Source of the DNA: Lama glama
Taxonomy: Eukaryota
Assembly (NCBI GenBank): GCA_028534125.1
Contig: CM052817.1
Span: 59,894,001-59,958,000 of the forward strand
DNA: 64,000 nt
Direction: 5' to 3'
A model generated the notes under the pieces. That model was not told where the DNA came from. It ran no database searches and saw nothing but the letters and a program-made list of their open reading frames with translations. Of the stretch, positions 53,718-64,000 are shown piece by piece; the stretch's first letter is position 1, and each line of letters opens with the position of its first letter. A program made the position numbers and the translations under genes.

Positions 53718-54065
53718 TTTTTCTTGAGTAGCTAGGTATCTTAGAAGGGATTTGCTTGGTCATTTGATAAACTAATGTTTAATTTCTTAAGTTACTGCAC
53801 AACTGTTTCCCAGATTGAGTGCAGTTTTACATTCCCACTAGCAAAATATGAGGAGTCCTGGTTCTTCACATTCTTGTCAATTTTGTGAAACATACGAAGT
53901 GATACTTAATTAAGGTTTTAATTTATGTTTCCCTAATGATTAATGATACTGAGTATCTTTTCCTGTGCTTATTGGTCATCTGTATATTTTCTTTGATAAA
54001 ATGTTTGTCCAAATCTTATATGTATTTTAATTAGATTCTTCAACTTATTATTTAATTTTAAATAT

Positions 54066-54129
54066 TCTTTATATATACTTCATAAAATTATTTTTATCTT
54101 TATATATACTTCATAAAATTATTTTTATC
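54066..54129 (+). repeat. Perfect 31-bp tandem duplication
   Basis: tctttatatatacttcataaaattattttta at 54066-54096 and 54097-54127, followed by tc. Confidence 0.95.
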
Positions 54130-55193
54130 AGATATGTATTTTGCAAGTATTTCTTTCAGTCTTTTTTCCCTAGTTTTCTTAATGGTGCTTTTTGAAGTGC
54201 AGATTATAATTTATTCAAGTTCAGTTTATAAATTTTTTAAAGTATCTTGCTTTTGGCCATGTATCTAAGAATTCTCTGAGTAATTCAAGATCATTATGAT
54301 TTTTCCTGTTGTCTTCTTAAAATTTTACATATTTATATTTAGAAGCTGTTTGTATTTGAATGTGGTATGAGGCAGTATTTTGGCATGTGAAAATACAATT
54401 TGCCTACTACTCTTTCTTAAAAAGATTATCCTATCCCTCATTGAATAGCCTTAGCACCTTTGTTGCAAATCAGTTGACCATCAATATTGGGCTTTTTCTG
54501 AACCTTCAATCCTGTTCAGTCCTAATTATCTATATGCTTATCTTTATGCCAGTAATAAGTTGTAGATTTACAGTAAGTTTTGAAATCCAGTAGATTCTCT
54601 TATCCTCTTTTTTCAAACTTATATTTGACTGCTCTGTCTTTCCCATTTTTATATAACTGTTAGAATCTGCTTTTAATTTCTTCAGAACAGTTTTCTGGGA
54701 AATTGACAAGGATTATGTTGAATTTATAGGTCAATTTGAAAAATAACTGTTGTCCTAACGAGTATTGTGTTTCATAAACATAGAATATATCTCAATTTAT
54801 TTAGAACAGTATTATTTTAACATAATAATGTATCGTGTATTATATAGTAGATAAATTATAAAATTTATAATAATCAATAGGCATTATTATTTTAATGATT
54901 TTTTTTTGGTTTTTACTGTACAAGACTTACACTTTTAATTTGATCCTTAGGATTTTATTCAGTTTGGTGTTACTGTGAATGAATCATTTCATGAATTTTA
55001 TTTTCAGATTGTTCTTGCTAATATATAAAAATAATTTGTATGTATATATATGTATATATATATATAGATGTCATCACTTGTGACCTTGATGAAATCAGTA
55101 GTTTGTTCTAGAATATTTTGTGTATCTCTTAGGATTTTCTACAAACAGGATCAGATTATCCAAAGAATTTTATTCCTTCCTTTCTAATCTGGG

Positions 55194-55262
55194 TGTATTG
55201 TATTGTATTGTATTTATTTATTTATTTACTTACTTACTTACTTACTTACTTATTTATTTATT
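55194..55262 (+). repeat. Compound (GTATT)n(TATT)n(TACT)n microsatellite
   Basis: Direct read. Confidence 0.9.
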
Positions 55263-55815
55263 CTCCTAATTGTACTGTTTAAAACCTCTAGTACAATGCT
55301 TAATATAACTTTCAGCAAGGGAAACTTCTCTGTTTCCAATCTTAGATGGAAAACATTTAGTCATTGAAATTTGAGTGTGAGTTAGCAGTATATCTTCCAT
55401 GCAAGCGCTTTATCATGTTGAGGAAATCTATGGGATTAATGGGAGTTTATCAAGGTCTATTATGACTCTCTTATACCCTAGATGATCTTGTTACATTTCT
55501 AGCTAGTCTTCTGGTGTGTTGCTTGATCAAACTTGTATTGTAACTTCAAGCTTGCTAAGATGTTGACCTTTCTTGATTGTTTGATACCAAGATTGTTAAC
55601 ATTTTCTGTAATGCCTCTGAGTATGATTTTTTTCCCCGCATACCATTTTGAATCAAATTCTCACTCCCTGGAATGGAAGCTGTTGGTTTTCATATCCTTC
55701 CTCACCTACTAGAACTAACTTCTAATAGAACTGAGGAGTGAGGTTGGGGATGAGGCTAAAATGCCACAGCCTCACTCTTCTATGTAATGTTCAGTCGTGC
55801 GGGCTGGCTTGATTG

Positions 55816-55889
55816 CTCTTTCTTTCTTTCTTTCTTTCTTCTTTCTTTCTTTCTTTCTTTCTCTCTCTCTCTCTCTTTCTTTCTTTCTT
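55816..55889 (+). repeat. (TTTC)n/(CT)n pyrimidine microsatellite
   Basis: Direct read. Confidence 0.95.
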
Positions 55890-56559
55890 GAATAAGTGAT
55901 TTTTAATTCGTTGTATACCTTTTGTCAGGTTTATAAGTGAAAATTTTTTTGGTCAATTTCATCCAGTTTTATTATTACTTTTTTTCGGAGATTTGTTGAG
56001 TTCAACACTTTGTCATTTATGAAGTTTCACATCCTCCCCCACTTTTTTATAGTGTAGAACAACCAACAGTTAGTTTCCCTTGAACCTTGTCTATTTTAGG
56101 GACCAGATAAAATTGGCATGGTAGATTGAAATAAGCAAATAATAGGTTTTGAATATCAAACTAAGGTTTCTGAATTTAATATCTTAGGAAATAGCAAAGA
56201 AAGAGAGGATTTGTTTCTTATCCAGAGTCCACTTTACTGATACTCTTCTCTCCTTCTGAACTACCCAAATAAATGTCATATACTACCTACCTACCATTCA
56301 TAGTTTAGCCAAAATTTATATATACACACACTTTAGAAAACAGAAAACAGCATCCTACAATATAAGTTATAGATTAGATTAGAGGTCAAGAAACTAAAAT
56401 TAGGGAAACTGGTTGGGAATCTGTTGAAATTGTTCCAAATGGGGGGTAGTAAGTTCTCAGACTAGGATAGCTGTCCTAGCTTTTTACCTTTAGAACTAGA
56501 CAGATATAAAGTTAAGACATATAAGAAGCATAAAATGAAAGGCATATGTAGAGTAAGTG

Positions 56560-56750
56560 TAAATAGTAGTGAACACTTACTGAATTCTTACTGTGAAAGG
56601 CATAGTTATATGGGTTTTGCATAAATTATTTACTCAGTCCTCACAGAGGTGTTTATATATATTAGGAAACTAAGGATGTGAGGTTAGTCAACTTAACCAA
56701 AATTAAATAGCTAATATATGTCAGGGTTGGAATTTTAACCCCTGTCTGAA
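56560..56750 (-). mobile_element. MIR SINE
   Basis: aacacttactgaattcttactgtg...tttactcagtcctcac...aggaaactaagg...gaggttagtcaactt. Confidence 0.6.
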
Positions 56751-59700
56751 TATAGGTATTAGGATATAACTGAAACAGTGAAACTGGGGTTCTATAGAGA
56801 AAGGATAGAGCAGAGATTCAAATTGTCTTGAGGCAAAAGTTGAAGCTGATGTTGTATGAGATTGCCAACAATGGATATAGTAGAAGAGAGAACCCTATTG
56901 ATATATGATGGCAAATACTTATATTTTGTGAAAAAAGGAAATAAAGAAAGAGCACATTTGAAATTAAAAGAGGAAGCAGTGGAGATCATTATACCTGAGG
57001 AGAAGATCCTTCTTTTGGGGGTGGTTATGATAACTGTCATTGAATATTCTTTGGATATTAGCTGTACCAAGTTCATGGGTTCTAGACATGAAGGACCCAC
57101 TGATTAAATTGCAGAGAGAAATTTTCTTTATACTGTTACTGGTGTTAATGGAAGACCAGTACAAACAGTAAGGAGTGAGTGGATGGGAAGGGCTGAGTAA
57201 CACCAGTAGTCTTTCTTCAGTGTTTGAAGGGGAAATTATATATATGAGAATAGCTAGAGTTTAGTGAAACATTAAACATGTAGGGGTATTTTTGAATTGA
57301 GTAGAAAAAATCTTGAGGGGAGGAAAAAGAAAATTTTAATAGCAGTTTGGTTTAGAAAGATGTTAAAAAGAAAGATTTGGTAAATACTGGACTGTTGAAC
57401 TAAAAAAATCATTTTGTTGATTCAGAGAAGGAAAGTTGAGGGAATTCATGGGAAGTGGTTATAATCATCTCAATAATACTTAAGGCAGTGGAACACTGAG
57501 GAGTTGCAGTGGAGAGTGGAAGAGGTTTGGAAATGCTGCTGGGGAAAGACATTTAGGGGTGATTGAAAATATTTCTGAGTCACAGTAGGAATCAATCTGA
57601 GATTTCATAGCAAGAATCTATAAGAGGTTATATAAGACACTTTCATAATATTCTCCAGCAATATTCAGAAACTGTCAACATAACTAAGGTCACAATTTTT
57701 GGTATAAATATGGTTTTATCTATATTCATGATTAGGTAATATTTTCAAAAATGTCTTATAATCATAAGAAGTCTCGTAAGTGAATGGCCATTAGAAAGGG
57801 AAAATAATTTCTCTTGGAATTTCTGCTATTTCCACATTCTCCTTGTTTCTGTTAAGTCTATGTGTGAATATCTGAGAAGATAACGTTCCTGTAAAAGAGA
57901 GTGGTAAGAATGGGAAACAAAGTAAGTTTAAAAATTTTGCTGCAATTCTATTTTTCCTTTGATATTTTTACAGAGTTTATTTGTTCACAGTGACCACCAA
58001 TCTCTTTCAAAAGAGAAGATTTCCTAAGAATGTTTAAGAGGCTTCAATTATCCCATGGTAATTTGTAGAGTATATTATTTAGCTCTTGGTTCTGGACAGT
58101 CATCCTCATCACCTAAAGTGGTATAGCAGAAAGTGAGTCAAAAGCACTAATCTTATTCCTGTTTGGCTCTTAAGCAGTTTCCCTGAGTAAAGATTCTTGA
58201 ATTGTAAAGTGAGGATAAAAAAGTACCTAAATGATTTCACAGTTTATTGTGAGATTCCAATAGGTGATGGGTTAGAAAGTCTATATCATCTGTTAAGTCA
58301 TGGCATTCATTATTAAATCGTACAGTCATCAGCATGCAGGCCTATGCTAGCCAGGAACTGAATTTCTGTTCAAAGTTCAGCACCATTGAGAAGCTTTAGA
58401 AGATGAAAAATTTGTTTTCTAAGTTAATATTTAAATAAGCTATAAAGTGATCTGTGAGAAGCTAATACGATTCTGAAGATATTAGGCTGATTTTTTTCAG
58501 AAGAAAGTTATTTTGTAGAACTTCAATTTATTGAACGTGCGTTAATTGATACGCATTGAAGCAATATGTTTAATTATTATATTAAATATCTTATTTTCTT
58601 TATATAACTAGAATATGCTATAATAACACCTGAATAATAAATAAACTCTAAATATATATATGACCTGTTTATCCTCAATCTAAACTGTGCAACACAAGAA
58701 TAAATAGGCACTCCAGAAAAAAATAGATTTTCATTTTCTCTGACCTGGATAATAAAAGAGACTCCTACAACTTACATAAACATAGCTATATTATTTACTT
58801 AGTTATTAAATTAAGAACACTGTCTGTAAACATGCAGCTAAATCCTGGAAATGTAAAGATCTCCATCTATGATCATCCTTGCCCTGAGATTTTATTCCAG
58901 GGGAATAAAATGTGCACATTTTAGTAGTCAGTGATGGTAGTGGCATGTGTTTATATAAAATTAGTTTGAAGAAGAACTTGATTCTGTTCTTGCAAGCAAG
59001 ATTTTTTTTCATTCTGCTATGATTATCCTGGAGCAATTACCATAGTAAATGCTGTGGCACCACTAACACCCACTGTCAGATTCCTTCTGTTTATGTGAAA
59101 GGTGGCACCATTGAGTTGGAACTCAGTTTTTTCCATGAATGTATTATTAAAAATAATTTATCTGTGAACATAACTGAAATTTTATAACAAATTTGAAGAT
59201 TATAGTTTTTGCCAGTTGTTTCAAAACAAATTGGCTAAAAGGATTAGGGAGGATAATTAAGGGAGAATAAATGTTTAAGAAAGTTTTGATCAGAATTATA
59301 TAACCTAATGTTTGCATATATTTTGATTATCTTTTATTTGTTTAGACCTGTGTCCCCACAAAATTACACTAAATATGGAGCTTCACCATCATATTAAAAA
59401 AGAGAGCCATGTGATATGGCATATATTTGTGGTTAGCATTTGGAAAACAAGTTATTTTTGAGCCATCTCCATCTGTGACAAAGTCTCAGATTTAACACAT
59501 TTTATTAAAATAAATATTGTGGCTCATACATTAATAATTATTAGATTCTACAAAGACACAGGCTCAGCTCCAGTTCTTAAGACTGGTCATGAACAGTGAG
59601 ATCAGATCCTACTTATGTCACATTCTTTACTAGCTCTGAAACTATAGACGTTAACTCTCTGTATAAACCTCAATCTCCCCATCTGTAAAATTAATAAAGT

Positions 59701-59853
59701 AATAATAGGCATAGCTATTTAAAATATAGTATTTAAGAGAAAGTTTTCATAAAAATTAGAAAAAATTCATAAAAGCAAATGGCGTATAATAGACACTTAG
59801 TAACCAGTAGCTATGAAAGATCATCATTTATCCATCATTTATCATCATAATTA

Positions 59854-60180
59854 TGACTTCAGGTACTGAAAATAAATGAGCCTATGCACAAATGACCATA
59901 AAGTAATAATAGTAAGTTTTTTATATTGTAGTTAATAAGGCATTGTTTCAGAGCTTTAACATTTCTCCTAAAGGGAAGCTTATTCTGTAGAGAGAAACAA
60001 ATTCATATTCATAATCATATTTCTGACTTGAACTAAAATAAATGAACCCCTGCACAGATGACCATAAAGTAATAATAAATTGCCAGGTTTTTTTCTCTTG
60101 TAGTTAACAGAGCAATGTTTCAGAGCTTTAGAGTTTCTTCTAAAGAAAGGATTACTATCTATAGAGAAGCAAATTAATTC
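59854..60180 (+). repeat. Diverged tandem duplication, unit about 170 bp
   Basis: atgaccataaagtaataata at 59892-59911 and 60058-60077; tgtttcagagcttta at 59944-59958 and 60116-60130. Confidence 0.9.
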
Positions 60181-60479
60181 ACCTGGCTGTATGAGATTTT
60201 TCAAGGTATACTGACACCTAGATTGCTTTTAAATTGACTTTAATGCCCAGAGATTGTCAGTCTACAACCTCTTCTCTCAGCACCCACATGTACACACATA
60301 GAACACATGTCTAGTAAAGCTACTTCATAGATTTTTCTGTGGAGCAGCATTGACTGTGATATTCTGAACTTCAGAATATATTTTAGACAAATTGTATTTT
60401 CTCTGTAAAGTTCTATATGGTAGCAGCAACATCAGCAAATCAGCAGAATCACCACATAAACTAACATTAAGTAAATAAA

Positions 60480-60700
60480 GCCTTATTGTGTACAAGGTCC
60501 TATTTGGCATTCTTCATGCATTTTAACTCATTTAATCTTGACAGTTCTATGAAGTAGTAGTATAATTATCCAGATTTAGCACAGGAAACTTAATTCATGC
60601 AGAGGTAGAATAAAGTAGCAAAATCTGTGTATACATTATTAGGTATAAGATGGGATTTGAACTCAGGCAATCTGACCACAGAACCCTAGTTATAACAGCA
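60480..60700 (-). mobile_element. MIR SINE
   Basis: ttaactcatttaatcttgacagttctatgaagtag...gggatttgaactcaggcaatctgac. Confidence 0.7.
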
Positions 60701-61074
60701 TGCAATAAATGACCTTCCATAGCTTATTGCCTGTTTTCAAACTCATAATATTAACAACTATTAATCCACCTTGTTATGGTCAAATAAAAGAGTAGTGTAA
60801 GATTCTGTTACGATCACTGGCAGAGAGTGATTGGGGTTATTAGCATATTGTTTCTTTGGATTGAAAAACTTATGACAGCCAAACATTTCTTGATGGAAAG
60901 CTTATACTGAATTTCTACTCAAAATATTTTTAAAAATGTATTTTGAGGTCTAGGTTAGCTATCAGAAAGTCATATGAGATAATAACATATTTAAACTTTC
61001 TTTTCAGTTTCTTTTAATAAATGTGTTTTGCAACAAGGCCATTATGACTCCTTTCTGTATTTTCAACATCAGGA

Positions 61075-61500
61075 GACAAAAAAGATTAAAATATCTCAAT
61101 ACGCAAGACAAGCTGGGAGGAATTATTTGCAAAAGATACCTCTTTTAAAGGTCTGTTGTCCAAAATTAACAAACTTGACAGTAAGAAAACAATCCCCCTG
61201 AAAAATGGAACTGACATCTCTCCAAAGATATATGACTGCAAAATAAACATATGAAAAGATGCTCCACATCATGTGCCATTGGGGATGTGCAAATTTAATC
61301 CACAATGGGATACCATTCCATGCCTATTAGAATGCCAAAGTCTGAAACATTGGTGCCACCACGTGCTGGCAAGGATGTGGAGCCGCAAGAGCTCTGATTC
61401 GTTGCTGGTTGTGGGAAAAAAGTTAGGCAGCTTTTTATAAACATACCTTTATCATAAAATCCAGTATTCTTTCTGCTTGTTATTTACCTGAAGGAGTTGA
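61075..61500 (+). mobile_element. Old L1 ORF2 3' fragment, sense to GRID2
   Basis: tgggaggaattatttgcaa...catatgaaaagatgctccacatca...ctattagaatg...gctggcaaggatgtggag. Confidence 0.75.
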
Positions 61501-61819
61501 AACCATTTTTTTTCTACTACTCTTTCAATTAAATGGTTAATTTTAAATTTCATAATGCCTTATAAATAGGATTGCCTAATAGGATAGGGCTATCACAGAA
61601 TCTTCAGCTGGAGGGTCCTTAGAATTATCTAGTTTAAATCATTAATTTCACACTTGAAGAAAATTAAGTCTAGAAGAATAAGTGTACCAAAGATTGTGCA
61701 GGTAATTAGAGGTGTAACCAGGGACTAGAATGGGAATCTTCAAACTATCATTGCCCCTAAATGAGAAGGTGTTTAAATTGGAATGAAGAAAACAATGTTT
61801 CGGTTCATACTGAAAGATA

Positions 61820-62060
61820 ATAACACACAGTTGTTAAGACACAGGCTTTAATGAGAAGAAAGCCTGTGTAAAAAATCCAGCTCATCACTTACTAACTTAA
61901 TGACCTTGACAATTTTTTTTGTCCCTGATTTTCTCATCTGTGAAATGGAAATATTACCTAACTCGGAGTTCTGTTGTGGTGATTAAGCTGGGTAGTAAAT
62001 ATAAGGCATTGATAACAATGCCTAACAAAAAGTGGGTTTCTTTTCTAATATCAGTTATAT
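61820..62060 (+). mobile_element. MIR SINE
   Basis: aatccagctcatcacttactaacttaatgaccttgac...ttttctcatctgtgaaatggaaat. Confidence 0.7.
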
Positions 62061-63002
62061 ATTAGAGAAACTTTTGTAAAATACAAAATAATCAGGAATA
62101 AAATAAATCATTGATAATACCCCAAAGTATTAGTTATATACTTGAATATTTTTTTCATTTTATCTTTCATTCTATTTACTTTTTATTTTATGTTTGTTTT
62201 AAAGAATCTATTTTGTAAAATTATGCTCAGAAATCTGATTTTGACAATGTTTAAGTCTAGATAACTGTATTTAATTTGCTAAAAAACAACAAAAAAACTA
62301 AAAATACTGCATAAAATACTTAAAATCCCCCCAAACCAACAAAGAAACCTAACACTTTAATGCACAGATGAGTTTTTAAAAAAATGAGACATTCAGTTGA
62401 GTCAAGAGATTAAATCACTTGACAGATGAGGACAGTTCTTTAGGTTCCAAGATGTGACTTGGCCTGGGAACATCTAGAATCAGATCCTGACTGGCCTGGA
62501 AATTTGCTTGTGATAGTTTTGACACATGTATTAAAAGATATGGCCCCATGCAGGCTTAGGAGTCTGTTCTCAGGTTGCACACTCTTGAATGCACAGAAGT
62601 TTGTTATCAAGAGTGAATTAAAAAACAAAATCAAAAATCGAAAACTAAAGAGGAATAAGAGAGGAAATCTGTCTCAGCCTTGACTTCGTAGAGGGTGCAA
62701 AAGTCTCTTTTGAGAATTTATGGTCATGAAAAGACTCTCAATGTTAAAGTGAAGCCTCACTTTATGCTATTTGCATGGAACGGAGGAAAACAGGCACAGG
62801 TTAAACTTAAAATGGGCTTAACAGTTTTCAAGTATTTTGCAAAAACAAATGCAAAATTTTTCTGGAATATTACATTTTCAAACCAGGCTTTTAATGATTC
62901 CCACAGAGAAGAGACCGAACGATATAAGCACAACACATAACACAGTTAGAAAATACATAAGGGAGCAAGAGACGATGGGCAAGAGACAATAGGTAAAAAT
63001 TA

Positions 63003-63147
63003 TGATTCTGGATATTTTGCTATAATCATCTTTGCCATAGATACTTTTGCCACAAGAATTTTTGCTGCACACATTTTTGCCATATAGTGAAGTGGCCGTA
63101 AGGCAAGTTTTCCAAAAGATAACATAATTTGTTGACAGTTTGGTTTA
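63003..63147. mobile_element. End of an ancient DNA transposon with 15-bp subterminal repeats (MER99-like)
   Basis: tttgc recurs at an exact 15-bp period (ending 63020, 63035, 63050, 63065, 63080); family name from memory only. Confidence 0.5.
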
Positions 63148-63623
63148 ACATATATAATACAAAAATCATAGCAGATGATGGTGATTTGCCCCAAGAGCTG
63201 TTTTTTTATTTTTGAAACACCCTACACTGGAGGAGAAAAAGGCTGAGGGTCTCGAAGGCTCAGAGTTGAACTTGCATTTCCCATGGAACTTTGTAATGTC
63301 TCTCAATGGGCATGTGACAATATGCCAAGAACAAACAACCGAATATAAAGCTCAGTTACAAATATGCATTCTAGTATTTGGGAATTGATACCTGTCTTAA
63401 TGAAGGAAGAAATTTTAGTGAAAAAACAAATGTGCATTGCTGAACAAAGAGATGAATCAACAAGAAAAAAAAAAGTGTATGAAATACCATGAACTAAAGA
63501 CTTGGGAGACCTAGTGCTTAGATAACACCCCATAAAGTTAAGTCAGTAATTTGCCCAGTATTGCCTTGAATCTACATACATTTTAAACACATTCAGATAT
63601 TTTGCATTTTCTCAGTAAAATTG

Positions 63624-64000
63624 TTTTAATTTTTTTAACATTTTTTATTGATTTATAATCATTTTACATTGTTGTGTCAAATTCCAGTGTTCAGCACAAT
63701 TTTTCAGTCATTCATGGACATATACACACTCATTGTCACATTTTTTTCTCTGTGAGTTATCATAACATTTTGTGTATATTTCCCTGTGCTATACAGTGTA
63801 ATCTTGTTTATCTATTCTACAATTTTGAAATCCCAGTCTATCCCTTCCCAACCTCTACCCCCCCCCCCACCGGTAACCACAAGTCTGTATTCTCTGTCCA
63901 TGAGTCTGTTTCTGTCCTGTATTTATGCTTTGTTTTGTTTGTTTGTTTGTTTTTGTTTTTTAGATTCCACATATGAGCGATCTCAGATGGTGTTTTTCTT
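63624..64000 (-). mobile_element. 3' end of a young lineage-specific L1, continuing past the window edge
   Basis: T tail, ttttttattgatttata, ttccctgtgctatacagtg, C-rich tract, gagtctgtttctgt, tagattccacatatgag. Confidence 0.9.

Larger units (their letters stand above)
52840..55430 (-). mobile_element. Old L1 (L1M-type, 3' UTR and ORF2) interrupted by an MLT1 LTR
   Basis: ttgtgcaaccatcacc...tcatccatgttgtag...ttacattcccactagcaa...ttccctaatgattaatgat...ggattatgttgaatttataggtcaattt...tttatcatgttgagga. Confidence 0.85.

Noticed and set aside
56792..57203. Overlapping 79-102 aa ORFs
   Set aside because: Purine-rich decayed sequence, probably old L2; no recognisable domain or splice structure
63003..63112. 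CRISPR-like array
   Set aside because: The repeat is 5-7 nt at a 15-bp period in a mammalian intron, with no cas genes

Overview
Mammalian, AT-rich, CpG-depleted genomic DNA, most likely from a camelid (two tRNA-Ala-derived Vic-1-type SINEs). It lies inside the very large GRID2 gene (glutamate receptor delta-2, GluD2) on the + strand. The only host coding sequence I can support is one 156-nt exon (37856-38011, AG/GT bounded, phase 1-1) encoding [52 protein letters not shown], which is exon 2 of the amino-terminal domain. The rest is intron 1 (1-37855) and intron 2 (38012-64000), filled with L1, L2, MIR, MaLR/ERV LTRs, hAT-type DNA transposon relics, SINEs and microsatellites, with two assembly gaps (100 N and 500 N). 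All other ORFs in the track are L1/L2 remnants or chance ORFs. I found no convincing novel biological system. The best second-look items are retrotransposon structures: an L1 with a ~31-bp target-site duplication and a probable short 3' transduction, a TSD-flanked full-span L1 lacking most of ORF2, a scrambled young L1 around the gaps, and two antisense solo LTRs upstream of exon 2, one CpG-rich with NRF1/YY1 motifs. Repeat family names come from pattern recognition and need RepeatMasker/Dfam confirmation.
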